Shown: positions 45,962 through 55,479 of the stretch, one piece after another
Position numbering within the stretch: the first letter of the stretch is position 1
Layout: the number at the start of each line of letters is the position of its first letter
Source: Candidatus Poriferisocius sp.
GTDB taxonomy: Bacteria; Actinomycetota; Acidimicrobiia; Acidimicrobiales; Bin134
Direction of reading: 5' to 3'
Length of the DNA: 64,000 nt
NCBI RefSeq assembly: GCF_965208475.1
Contig: NZ_OZ242338.1
Coordinates: 630,760-694,759 of the forward strand
The notes under the pieces: model-generated
What the model was told of the DNA's origin: nothing
Databases searched by the model: none
The model's input: only the letters and a program-made list of their open reading frames with translations
Program-made: the position numbers and the translations under genes

Positions 45962-47584
45962 ATGGGTCAGATCGTCACCATGCTGCTCAGTGTCGCCGGG
46001 GCGCTGGCTGTCACCGCGGTGCTTTTCATCGGCGCCGACCGCACTGTCGACTCTGCTCTGACCAGGTGGCCCGCCTTCATGGCCTGCGTCGGGGCTGTGG
46101 TGGGCCTGATCGCCGGCGCCGTGCTCCAGCACAATGGATGGGTTCCCCGGGGCCCCGCCATCGGTGGGCCGTTTTCTGAAGGCTGGCTGGCGATCGTCAT
46201 CGGCGGAATCGCCGGTGCGGCGCTGGGCATGGCAACGGGGCGCGGCTTGGTCCCCGGCCCGGATCGCCGCATCGGTTTGGAGGCCCGGCTGAGACCGTGG
46301 GTCTTCGTGGGCCCGGCCCTGTTGTTCGTCACCGGCGGCTTGGTGATCCCCGGCTTTCGAACCCTGTTTCTGTCGTTCAAGAACGGGACTCGGGGCCAAG
46401 AAGCCGGGTTCACCTTTCGGTACTACGAGGAGATCTTCACCGACCGGACGTTCTTCTCCGTCCACGGATGGAGCTCGATCTTCACCAGCCGCCTCTTCAT
46501 CGTCGCCTTGGCCGCTGCCGCGGTAGCCGGCATTGCCGCCTGGGCCAGCGCATCGCGAATCGTGGGCGGGCCGCTGCGGGGGAAGCTGGCCCAAAGAACC
46601 ATGCGCGTCCTCGGCCTCGCCGCGGCCCTGCTCGGAGTCGCGGCCCTGCTCGGCTTCGTCGAATCGCTGGTCCGCGAGCCGAACCGGTCGGAGATCGTCG
46701 ACGTGCTCACCGTTTTGGTGTCGAGCCGGGTCACGCTGGTGATTGTCGGGGCAGTGGCCGCCGTGCTCTTGGGGGGGTGGTTGTCGGTCCGGCTGCGCCG
46801 CGGCGACCTGGAGCTCGACTGGGGGTCGCCGACGTCTTCGCTGATGCTGGCCCTGGCCATCGGGGCCGGCATTTTCGGCGTGCTCTCCACCCTTCAAGGG
46901 GTGGTGTGGAACAACATCTGGTGGGTGGTCACCGTGGCCGGGCTGTCCACCGTGCTCGGGCTGCTCTTGGCCATTCTGGCCGAGCGGGCCCGGGGCGAGC
47001 GGGTGGCCAAGACCCTGATCTTCATGCCCATGGCCATCTCCATGGTGGGCGCCGCGGTGATCTGGGACTTCATCTACGAAGTCCAGCCCACCGGCAACCA
47101 GACCGGTCTGCTCAACGCCATCCTCCAGGGGCTCGGCTTCCAATCCCGGGGCTTCTTCATCAACTCGTCGATGATCCCGTGGAACAACTTCTGGATCATG
47201 TTCATCATGGTGTGGATCCAAACCGGGTTTGCCATGGTCGTTCTGTCGGCTGCCATCCGAGCCGTTCCCGAGGAGCTCACCGAGGCCGCCCGAGTGGACG
47301 GGGCCAATGAGATCCAGGTTTTCTGGCGGGTGGTCATCCCCCAGATCCGGCCCACCATCATCGTGGTGGTCACCACCCTCATGGTCATCGTCACCAAGGT
47401 GTTCGACCTGGTCAAGGCCACCACCAACGGCGCCAACCGCACCAACGTGCTGGCCAACGAGATGTTCGACCAGCTCCGCGACCGCAACTTCACCTCCAGC
47501 AGCGCGTTCGCCGTGGTGCTTTTGGCCCTCGTTCTGCCGGTGATGATCTACAACATCCGCCGCCTGCAATCGGAGCTGAAGTGA
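45962..47584 (+). CDS. ABC sugar transporter permease (MalF-like) with extra N-terminal TM segments
   Basis: 540 aa. EAA-loop-like TEAARVDGANEIQVFWRVVIPQIRP. The ~110-aa N-terminal extension adds hydrophobic helices. Confidence 0.85.
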   Translation: MGQIVTMLLSVAGALAVTAVLFIGADRTVDSALTRWPAFMACVGAVVGLIAGAVLQHNGWVPRGPAIGGPFSEGWLAIVIGGIAGAALGMATGRGLVPGPDRRIGLEARLRPWVFVGPALLFVTGGLVIPGFRTLFLSFKNGTRGQEAGFTFRYYEEIFTDRTFFSVHGWSSIFTSRLFIVALAAAAVAGIAAWASASRIVGGPLRGKLAQRTMRVLGLAAALLGVAALLGFVESLVREPNRSEIVDVLTVLVSSRVTLVIVGAVAAVLLGGWLSVRLRRGDLELDWGSPTSSLMLALAIGAGIFGVLSTLQGVVWNNIWWVVTVAGLSTVLGLLLAILAERARGERVAKTLIFMPMAISMVGAAVIWDFIYEVQPTGNQTGLLNAILQGLGFQSRGFFINSSMIPWNNFWIMFIMVWIQTGFAMVVLSAAIRAVPEELTEAARVDGANEIQVFWRVVIPQIRPTIIVVVTTLMVIVTKVFDLVKATTNGANRTNVLANEMFDQLRDRNFTSSSAFAVVLLALVLPVMIYNIRRLQSELK

Positions 47585-47593
47585 TGCGGGCTG

Positions 47594-48586
47594 ATGAAGC
47601 GAAGCAGGATCTCAAGTGAGGCCGGCCAACAGGCGGCGCCGGGAGTCCAAGTGAGCCCGGCCGACACTGCGCTCATGCCCACCGGCCAGCGTGTCCGCCG
47701 GCTGGCGGCCAGCGCGCCAAGCTGGGTGATGTGGCTCATCGTGGCGGTCTGGACGGTGCCCACCTTCGGGCTGTTCATCTCGTCGTTCCGCAAAGTGCCC
47801 GACATAAACAGCACGGGCTGGTGGACGTCGTGGAACGATCTCGACAACCTGACCCTCCAGAACTACCGCGACGTCTTCCGGGACAGCGCCGCGCAGCCGT
47901 CCATGTGGGAGTTCGCCCTCAACTCCCTGGCCATCGTGGTGCCGGCCACCATCATCCCCATCGCCATCGCCGCCTTCGCCGCCTACGGGTTCGCCTGGAT
48001 CGACTTCAGGGGCCGCAACTGGCTGTTCATCGCCCTGGTCTCCATGATCGCCCTGCCCAACCAGATGGCCTTCGTGCCGCTGCTCCAGATGTTCAACAAC
48101 GGGGCCCGGCTCACCATTCCGGGAGTGGATTGGACATTCGTGCTGATCCCCGACGTGGGCGTGGCCAACACCGCGGCCGCGGTCTGGATAACCCACACCG
48201 CCTTCGGCCTGCCGCTGGCCGTTCTGCTGCTGCACAATTTCGTCAGCCAGCTCCCCCGCGAGGTGTTCGAGGCCGCCCGCATCGACGGCGCCGGCCACCT
48301 CACCATCTTCTGGCGCCTCGTCGTGCCCCTCGCCCGGCCCGCCCTGGCGGCCTTCGCCGTGTTCCAGTTCCTGTGGACGTGGAACGACTACCTGATCGCC
48401 GCGGTGTTCCTCACCGACAACGAGCCGATGACGGTGGCACTGGTCAACCTGGTGGGCGAGCGAGGCTCGAACTTCCAGCTTCGCTTCGCCTCTGCTTTCG
48501 TCATCATGGTCGTCCCGCTGATCGTGTTCTTCAGCCTTCAGCGCCACTTCGTCCGAGGACTGCTCGCCGGCTCCGTCAAGGGCTGA
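47594..48586 (+). CDS. ABC sugar transporter permease (MalG-like)
   Basis: FEAARIDGAGHLTIFWRLVVPLARPAL EAA loop. Six TM-like segments. The start could be further downstream. Confidence 0.85.
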   Translation: MKRSRISSEAGQQAAPGVQVSPADTALMPTGQRVRRLAASAPSWVMWLIVAVWTVPTFGLFISSFRKVPDINSTGWWTSWNDLDNLTLQNYRDVFRDSAAQPSMWEFALNSLAIVVPATIIPIAIAAFAAYGFAWIDFRGRNWLFIALVSMIALPNQMAFVPLLQMFNNGARLTIPGVDWTFVLIPDVGVANTAAAVWITHTAFGLPLAVLLLHNFVSQLPREVFEAARIDGAGHLTIFWRLVVPLARPALAAFAVFQFLWTWNDYLIAAVFLTDNEPMTVALVNLVGERGSNFQLRFASAFVIMVVPLIVFFSLQRHFVRGLLAGSVKG

Positions 48587-49655
48587 TGTCGGCGATGGCT
48601 ACGGGCAGCCCGGTCGCCATCGACTGCTGCCCCGCAACACCCATGGCCACGCACAACAGGGCCGCTTCGAGCGCCTGAATCGATCGGGCCCTCGAATCGG
48701 CGCAGTCGCCCGCTTCGACGGCCTCCAGAAATCGCTGGTGCTCCACGAAGCTCGACCCGTGGTGAAACCCCCTATAGGGCGCCTCGACCGGCGTCTTCAC
48801 CACCTCGACATCGCCGATCGAGTGCCGGCCCCGCCGCCCGATTCGCACGATGTGCTCGGGCACAAGCGCCTCGGCCTTGCCGGCATCGCCGACCACCGCG
48901 AACTCCTGCTGGTTGTGGGTGGCCTCGGCGAACATGCACAGATCGAGCATCGCCCGGGCGCCGTCGTCGTAGTCGACCACCACATAGGCGTTGTCGTCGA
49001 TGTCGGGGACGCGGTCGCCGAAGCGCTCGTCGAGATGGTTGACCGCCTGGCCCCCCGAGGCGAACACCCGCTCGGGCCGCCCAGGCATGACCAGGTTCAT
49101 GAGGTCGAAGAAGTGGCAGCACTTCTCCACCAGCGTCCCGCCGGTGTTCTCGCCAAACCGGTTCCAGTCGCCCACCTTGGAGAGGAACGGGAACCGGTGC
49201 TCGCGCATCGAGACCATCCGCACCCGGCCCACCGCGCCCGCCTGCACCTCGTCTATGAGCCGGGCGAACGGCGCCATGTACCGGTACTCCAAACCCACCC
49301 GGATCACCCCGCGATGGCCGGCGGCCGCGTCGATCACCCGCCGGCAGTCGGCCACGGTGGTGCAGAGCGGCTTCTCCACCAGCACGTGGAGATCGGTGCC
49401 CAACACGTCGCCCAGCACATCGACATGGGTCATGTTGGGAGTGCATATGACCACCGCGTCGCAGGCGTCGGCGGCCAGCAGGTCGCGGCAGTGGGAAAAA
49501 CGGCGGGCGCCGGGCGCCAGGGACTCGGCCGCTTCGAGCGATGGGGGGTGGGGATCGGCCAGCGCGGTCACTTCCGCGCCGGGCAGACGGGAGAGGTTGG
49601 CGATGTGCTCCCGGCCCATCATGCCGGTCCCAATCACACCGTAACGGATCACCAC
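48576..49655 (-). CDS. Gfo/Idh/MocA-family NAD(P)-dependent oxidoreductase
   Basis: IRYGVIGTGMMGREH Rossmann start and the EKP motif (VLVEKPL). Confidence 0.9.
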   Translation of the reverse strand: MVIRYGVIGTGMMGREHIANLSRLPGAEVTALADPHPPSLEAAESLAPGARRFSHCRDLLAADACDAVVICTPNMTHVDVLGDVLGTDLHVLVEKPLCTTVADCRRVIDAAAGHRGVIRVGLEYRYMAPFARLIDEVQAGAVGRVRMVSMREHRFPFLSKVGDWNRFGENTGGTLVEKCCHFFDLMNLVMPGRPERVFASGGQAVNHLDERFGDRVPDIDDNAYVVVDYDDGARAMLDLCMFAEATHNQQEFAVVGDAGKAEALVPEHIVRIGRRGRHSIGDVEVVKTPVEAPYRGFHHGSSFVEHQRFLEAVEAGDCADSRARSIQALEAALLCVAMGVAGQQSMATGLPVAIADISP

Positions 49656-49703
49656 ATCCCCTCGAACGACACTGCCGGAGGCTCGACACGATAGCTTGAT
49701 CCG

Positions 49704-50609
49704 GTGCCCGACAGCCTCATCAACCCTGATCCCGTTGCCCTGGGCGCCGACTTGCGCGTCGGGCGCCTGGCGTTCGGATGCTGGCGCCTGGTGGGGCGCC
49801 CGGAATCCCAGTACCAGGAGCTGTTGGAGACCGCCCTGGGCTTGGGGATGAACCTGGTGGACACCGCCGACGTGTACGGACTCGACTGGGGCGGGGCCTC
49901 CTTCGGCGAGGCCGAGGCCAACCTCGGCCGGGTTCTGGCCTCAGCGCCCCAGTTGCGGGAGCAGATGGTGCTGGCCACCAAGGGAGGGATCATCCCGCCC
50001 ACCCCCTACGACTCAAGCCCTTCGGCCATCACCGCGGCCTGCGAGGCATCGCTCGCCCGCCTCGGGGCCGACGTAATCGACCTGTACCAGATCCACCGCC
50101 CCGACCTGTTCGTCCATCCAGCAGATTTGGCCGAGGCCCTCACCGCGCTGCGCGACCAGGGGAAGATCCGCGAGGTGGGCGTCTCCAACTTCACTCCCCG
50201 CCAGCACGAGGCCCTCGCCGCCCACCTGCCGTTCCCGCTGGTGTCCACCCAGCCCGAGTACTCCGCCGCCGAACTGGGAGCGCTGCGCGACGGCACGCTG
50301 GACCTCTGCCTGCGCGACTCAGTGGTGCCCCTGGCCTGGAGCCCGCTGGCCGGTGGCCGGCTGGCCAGCGGAAACGACGTGCGCCCCGAGCTGATAGCCG
50401 CGCTCGACCGGCTGGCCCATCACCACGGCACCAGCCGGACCACCCTGGCCATCGCCTTCGTGCTGGCCCACCCGTCCCGCCCCGTCGCCATCTTGGGGTC
50501 GCAGAATCCCGAGCGCCTGGCCGACGCGGCTGAAGCACTGTCTGTGGCCCTCGACCGGGCCGAGGCCTATGCGATCATCGAGGCCTCCGAGGGGGTGCCG
50601 CTGCCGTGA
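49704..50609 (+). CDS. aldo/keto reductase
   Basis: MNLVDTADVYG, VIDLYQIHRPD and VGVSNF motifs. Confidence 0.85.
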   Translation: MPDSLINPDPVALGADLRVGRLAFGCWRLVGRPESQYQELLETALGLGMNLVDTADVYGLDWGGASFGEAEANLGRVLASAPQLREQMVLATKGGIIPPTPYDSSPSAITAACEASLARLGADVIDLYQIHRPDLFVHPADLAEALTALRDQGKIREVGVSNFTPRQHEALAAHLPFPLVSTQPEYSAAELGALRDGTLDLCLRDSVVPLAWSPLAGGRLASGNDVRPELIAALDRLAHHHGTSRTTLAIAFVLAHPSRPVAILGSQNPERLADAAEALSVALDRAEAYAIIEASEGVPLP

Positions 50610-51679
50610 GCGGGTCTTCGCCGGTCGAAGTGGCGTGGTTTGCCGCCCTGTGCGACGACGATTACGAGTTCCTCGGCGTCGCCGACCCTGCACTGGCCAG
50701 CAGCTGGGAGCACTGCCGAGACATCACGCTGGCCGCCGACCGCCATGGATTCGACAACATCCTCTTGCCGTCGGGCTACACGCTGGGCATCGACTCCGCC
50801 GCATTCGCCGCCGCGGTGGCCCCGCTAACCGACCAGATCCAACTCCTGCTGGCCGTGAGGATGGGCGAGATGTGGCTCCCCCAGCTCGCTCGCCAGTTGG
50901 CCACAATCGACCAGATGCTGCACGGACGCCTGACCATAAACATCATCTCCAGCGACATCCCCGGCGAAACCCTCGACTCCGGCCCCCGCTACCGGAGAAC
51001 GCTGGAGTGGATGCAGGTGCTGCGAGCCCTGCTGAACGGCCAGCCGGTGGATTTCCACGGCGAATTCGTCGACCTGGCCTTGGACCCTCCCCGAGCCTCC
51101 ACCCTGTCGGGCCGCTGCCCGCCGTTCTACTTCGGAGGATTCTCAGAGGCCGCCAAGGAGACCGCGGCGGCCGCGGCCGATGTGTTCCTCACCTGGCCCG
51201 ACACGGTGGCGGCCGTGGGCGACACGGTGGCCGATATGCGGCGTCGAGCCAGCCGCCACGGGCGCTCGCTGCGCTTCGGGCTGCGCAGCCACGTAATCGT
51301 GCGTCCCACCGCGGCCGAGGCCAAAACGGCGGCCGCCCGATTGGTCAGCCGCTTGGACGACGAGGCGGGTGCCGCCATTCGGCGCCGTTCGCTCGACTCG
51401 GCCTCGGTGGGGGTCAGCCGCCAAGCCGAGCTGCGCGACACCAGCGACGAGCACGGCTATGCGGAGGAGAACCTCTGGACCGGGATCGGCCGGGCCCGCT
51501 CAGGGGCGGGGGCGGCCATCGTCGGCTCCCCCGAAGAGGTGCTGGCCAAACTGGAGGACTACCGCCAGGCGGGCATCGACGCCTTCATCCTCTCGGGCTA
51601 CCCGCACCTCCCGGAGTGCGAGCGGATCGGGCGCACCGTGCTGCCCGGCCTAAACCACGCCCCCCTGGCCTGGAGCTGA
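50606..51679 (+). CDS. LLM-class flavin-dependent monooxygenase (SsuD-like)
   Basis: FDNILLPSGY, GRLTINIISS, FYFGGFSEAA and AFILSGYPH motifs. 4-bp overlap with the upstream gene. Confidence 0.85.
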   Translation: MSGSSPVEVAWFAALCDDDYEFLGVADPALASSWEHCRDITLAADRHGFDNILLPSGYTLGIDSAAFAAAVAPLTDQIQLLLAVRMGEMWLPQLARQLATIDQMLHGRLTINIISSDIPGETLDSGPRYRRTLEWMQVLRALLNGQPVDFHGEFVDLALDPPRASTLSGRCPPFYFGGFSEAAKETAAAAADVFLTWPDTVAAVGDTVADMRRRASRHGRSLRFGLRSHVIVRPTAAEAKTAAARLVSRLDDEAGAAIRRRSLDSASVGVSRQAELRDTSDEHGYAEENLWTGIGRARSGAGAAIVGSPEEVLAKLEDYRQAGIDAFILSGYPHLPECERIGRTVLPGLNHAPLAWS

Positions 51680-51710
51680 CCCGGCCGCCAAATGCAGGCG
51701 GCTTCGGCGT

Positions 51711-52895
51711 TCAGCCCCGAATCGCCAGCCCGGTCTCCAGGTCGAAGAAGTGGGCATTCTCCATCGAAACGGCAACCTCGATCGCCTCGTTGGGCCGAAC
51801 CGTGGATGTGGGGTGGAACCGAGCGTGGGCCCGGGAAACCCTATGCTCTGCTCCTGCCACCTGTTCTTCGGTCAGCTCCAAGGCCTCTAGCGAGATGACC
51901 GGCTTGGCATCTATCCCGAAGTACGCGATCACCTCATACCCTAGGGCCTCGATGTGGGAGACATGGGCCCGTATCCGCTGGTCGACAGGATGGTCGGTGG
52001 CGATGGCGGCATCCTCGAAGTCCTTGGGCCGCAAGCCCACCGCCACCGTCGAGCCCAGATAGCGCTCCAAGCCCGGCCGCTGGGCCAGAATCGAATCGGG
52101 AACCGCCAATGTCTGGCTCCCGAGTTGCATCGACAACCCCGAGTCCAGGCGGTGGACAACGGCCTCCATGAGGTTCATCGACGGAGAGCCGATGAACGCG
52201 GCCACGAAGATGTTGTCGGGCTCGTTGAACAGCTTCATCGGGCTGTCCACCTGCTGGAGGATCCCTCCGCTGATCACCGCAACCCGGTCGGCCATGGTCA
52301 TGGCCTCAACCTGATCGTGGGTTACGTAGAAGGTGGTTACGCCCACCTCGCGTTGCAGCTCGGTGATCTCGGCCCGCATCTGCACCCGAAGCTTGGCGTC
52401 GAGATTCGACAGGGGCTCGTCTAGCAAGAACACCCGGGGCCGGCGCACGATGGCCCGGCCCATCGCCACCCGCTGCCGCTGGCCGCCCGAAAGCTGGGCC
52501 GGACGCTTGTCGAGCTGGCTCTCCAATTCGAGGATGCGGGCCGCTTCGTGTACCCGCTCTTTGATCTCCGCTTTGGGCCGCTGGGCCAGCTTCAGCGAGA
52601 ACGCGATGTTGTCGAACACGTTCATGTGCGGGTAGAGCGCGTAGTTCTGGAACACCATGGCGATGTCGCGGTCCTTGGGCGCCAGGGAGTTGACCACCCG
52701 GCCGCCGATCTTCAGCGTCCCGGCGGTGATGTCCTCTAGGCCGGCGATCATCCGCAGCGTGGTCGACTTGCCGCATCCCGACGGGCCGACCATCACCAAG
52801 AACTCGCCCTCGTTGATCTCGAGGTTCAGGTCGGCCACCGCCTTGAAGCCGTTGTCGTACTCCTTGTTGACATCCTCGAGCACTACATCGGCCAT
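51711..52895 (-). CDS. ABC sugar transporter ATP-binding protein (MalK/MsiK/UgpC type)
   Basis: GPSGCGKSTTLRMIAGLE, LSGGQRQRVAMGRA and FLLDEPLSNLD, plus a C-terminal regulatory (TOBE-like) domain. Confidence 0.9.
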   Translation of the reverse strand: MADVVLEDVNKEYDNGFKAVADLNLEINEGEFLVMVGPSGCGKSTTLRMIAGLEDITAGTLKIGGRVVNSLAPKDRDIAMVFQNYALYPHMNVFDNIAFSLKLAQRPKAEIKERVHEAARILELESQLDKRPAQLSGGQRQRVAMGRAIVRRPRVFLLDEPLSNLDAKLRVQMRAEITELQREVGVTTFYVTHDQVEAMTMADRVAVISGGILQQVDSPMKLFNEPDNIFVAAFIGSPSMNLMEAVVHRLDSGLSMQLGSQTLAVPDSILAQRPGLERYLGSTVAVGLRPKDFEDAAIATDHPVDQRIRAHVSHIEALGYEVIAYFGIDAKPVISLEALELTEEQVAGAEHRVSRAHARFHPTSTVRPNEAIEVAVSMENAHFFDLETGLAIRG

Positions 52896-52947
52896 GCGAC
52901 CTCCCATCGGTTGTGGACCCGCCGAGGCGCCATCCTAACTGGCATTC

Positions 52948-54057
52948 TCAGGCCCGGCGGACGGCGAGGATGGCCACGTCGTCGCTGATGGTGCCGTCGG
53001 CAAAATCCCGGGCGGCCTCCAGCAGCGACTTGCACAGCACGTCGGGCGACACCGTGGGATCGCGTCGGAGGTGCATGGCGATGCGGTCCTCGCCGAACTG
53101 GGCGTCGCCGTAGCGCACCTCGGCCAGGCCGTCGGTGTACATGAGCACCATGTCGCCGGTGTCGAGGGGGATCTCCTTGCTGAAGTAGGAGCTGCCGGGG
53201 TCGAGCATCAAAAGGGCACCGGTGGCCCGCAGCGGCTGCACCTCCCGCTCATGCCACAGCCAGGCCGCCGGGTGGCCCGCCGATGCGTATCGCATGGTCT
53301 GGGCCTCGGTGTCGAACACCACGACCACCACCGAGATGAACTCCTCGGCCCTCTCGATAGACGACATCTGTGCGTTCAGCTCCTCCAATGCCTGGGCCGG
53401 GTCGCGGAACTGGCGCAGGAACACCCGGAGAAGGTACTTGGCCTGGAAGGCGGTGATCGACGACTCGATGCCCCGGCCGGCCACATCGCCGATCACCGCA
53501 GCCACTCGGGAAGGGCCCACCCGGAACACGTCGAAGAAGTCGCCGGCCATCACCCCCTCGCCCGCCTGGTACACCCGGCCCATCTCATAGCCGGCGAAGT
53601 CGGGCAGGTCGTCGGGGGCGAGCCGGCCCGCCCAGGCCAGCGGCGCGAGGTCGCCCTGGCTCAGCGTCTCCTCGGCTCGGCGCTCCATCTCGAATCGCTC
53701 TTGGGTTAGCCGGGCCTCGGCCAGCGAGCGCCGCCCCCACCACAGCGGGAACAGGGCCGGCACCACCACCAGAGCCAAAACGGCGGCCACCACTCGGGAT
53801 TCCGCTGCCGCCATTACCGCGGCCACCACCGTCAACGCGGCGTACAGCAGGGCGGCGTGGGCGTCGCGGCGGAAGCTGGACTGGGCCAGCGTGTAGGCCG
53901 CCTCATAGGCGTCCTCGCCCTCTTCGTCGTACCCTACGCCGGCATGGGTGTGCTCAACCCGCAGCAGGAACCGATAGCGGTGCCGGGCCGAGCGGGTGAA
54001 CACGCCGGAGGCCACCGCGCACACCCCCGCGGTTATGGCGAGGAGGAGGTTCTCCAT
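52948..54057 (-). CDS. membrane-anchored PP2C/SpoIIE-family serine phosphatase
   Basis: N-terminal TM helices, then GDFFDVF...VIGDVAGRGI...VLMYTDGLAE...DDVAILAVR. Confidence 0.8.
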   Translation of the reverse strand: MENLLLAITAGVCAVASGVFTRSARHRYRFLLRVEHTHAGVGYDEEGEDAYEAAYTLAQSSFRRDAHAALLYAALTVVAAVMAAAESRVVAAVLALVVVPALFPLWWGRRSLAEARLTQERFEMERRAEETLSQGDLAPLAWAGRLAPDDLPDFAGYEMGRVYQAGEGVMAGDFFDVFRVGPSRVAAVIGDVAGRGIESSITAFQAKYLLRVFLRQFRDPAQALEELNAQMSSIERAEEFISVVVVVFDTEAQTMRYASAGHPAAWLWHEREVQPLRATGALLMLDPGSSYFSKEIPLDTGDMVLMYTDGLAEVRYGDAQFGEDRIAMHLRRDPTVSPDVLCKSLLEAARDFADGTISDDVAILAVRRA

Positions 54058-54108
54058 TGTCGAAGGCTACTCCGCCGCTTGGGGGAGTTCCCGCCGCATT
54101 TGCGGCAA

Positions 54109-55479
54109 CTACTCTCCCGACCGCCGGCGAACTCGGAGCTTGACCGGAACCGACCCCAGCGCGAACGACTCCCGGAGGCGGCGCTCCAGATAGCGCAGAT
54201 AGGTGCGGGGCAGGGTCCGGTTGGCGAACAGCGTGAAGGTGGGGGGGTCGGTAGCCCCCTGGGTGGCGTACAGCACCCGGGCGCCGTCGGGGGCGGGATG
54301 GGCGGCCTGGGCGTCGCGCAGCACCCGGTTCACCGCCTGGGTGGGAATGCGCCGCCGGTACTCGGAGATAACCCCTCCCAACTCCGGCAGCAGCCGCTTC
54401 AAGCCCTTGCCCGAAAGGGCGCTCACCCGCAGCACGGCCGCCTCGCCCAAAAAGTGCAGCCGCCGGTCGATGTCGGCGGCAATGGCCCCCCGGGCCACGG
54501 TGTCGAGCAGGTCCCACTTGTTGAGCAGCACCACAATCGGGCAGCCGGCCGCGTCGACGCGCTCGGCTAGGCGCTGGTCCTGATGGGTCACCCCCACGGT
54601 GGCGTCCACCACCAGCAGGGCGATGTCGGAGCGGTCGACCGCGGCCAGCGCCCGCAGCAGCGAGTAGTACTCGGCGGCCTGGTCGATGCGGGCGCGGCGG
54701 CGCATGCCCGCGGTGTCCACGAACCGGATCGGCCCCAGCTCGGTTTCCACCACGGTGTCGATGGCGTCGCGGGTGGTGCCCGGCTGGTCGTGGACCACCG
54801 ACCGGTCGTCGCCGATGAGTCGGTTGAACAAGGTGGACTTGCCCGCGTTGGGCCGCCCCACGATAGCCACCGACACCGTGGCGGGATCAGGCGCCGCCTC
54901 AGCGTCAGCCCCGAGCTCTTCGGCCAGCTCCTCTGGAAAGGCGGCTGTCGCCGCGTCCAGCAGATCGCCCACTCCCCGGCCGTGGAGGGCGCTCACCGGG
55001 AACGGCTCGCCCAACCCGAGCCGGATGAACTCCCAGATGAGGTGTTCGTGGGCCTCGTCGTCCACCTTGTTGACCGCCACCAGAACCGGGCCCTCCCGGC
55101 CCCGCAGTCGCCCCGCCACCCCTTCGTCGTCGCCGGTGACCCCGGCATGGGTGTCCACCACCATCACCACCACATCGGCGTCTTGCATGGACTTCTCGCT
55201 CTGGGCCGACACTTTGGCGTCCATCGAGGCGCTGTCTCCCGCCCCCTGGGGCAGCCACCCGCCGGTGTCCACCACGGTGAACTCCCGCCCCTGCCAGCGG
55301 GCGGGCATCTCCTTCCGGTCGCGGGTGATGCCGGGCTGCTCGGCCACGATGGCCTCGCGGCGGCCCAAGATGCGGTTCATCAGCGTGGACTTGCCCACAT
55401 TGGGCCGCCCCACGATCGCCACCGAGGGCAAGGGGCGCGACACCGCCGGAGAGGCGGCCGCGGGGCTCGGCCTACCCAT
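54109..55479 (-). CDS. der: ribosome-associated GTPase Der (EngA), tandem G domains
   Basis: Two GRPNVGKST/GRPNAGKST P-loops, DTGG/DTAG and NKVD/NKWD motifs, and a KH-like C-terminus. Confidence 0.95.
   Translation of the reverse strand: MGRPSPAAASPAVSRPLPSVAIVGRPNVGKSTLMNRILGRREAIVAEQPGITRDRKEMPARWQGREFTVVDTGGWLPQGAGDSASMDAKVSAQSEKSMQDADVVVMVVDTHAGVTGDDEGVAGRLRGREGPVLVAVNKVDDEAHEHLIWEFIRLGLGEPFPVSALHGRGVGDLLDAATAAFPEELAEELGADAEAAPDPATVSVAIVGRPNAGKSTLFNRLIGDDRSVVHDQPGTTRDAIDTVVETELGPIRFVDTAGMRRRARIDQAAEYYSLLRALAAVDRSDIALLVVDATVGVTHQDQRLAERVDAAGCPIVVLLNKWDLLDTVARGAIAADIDRRLHFLGEAAVLRVSALSGKGLKRLLPELGGVISEYRRRIPTQAVNRVLRDAQAAHPAPDGARVLYATQGATDPPTFTLFANRTLPRTYLRYLERRLRESFALGSVPVKLRVRRRSGE

Noticed and set aside
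44084-47569. Antisense ORFs of 504 aa (44084-45598) and 543 aa (45938-47569), and the plus-strand alternative frame 46297-47310
   Set aside because: They lie opposite to, or out of frame with, well-supported sugar-binding-protein and permease genes. Their composition is Gly/Arg/His/Asp-biased with no recognisable domains.
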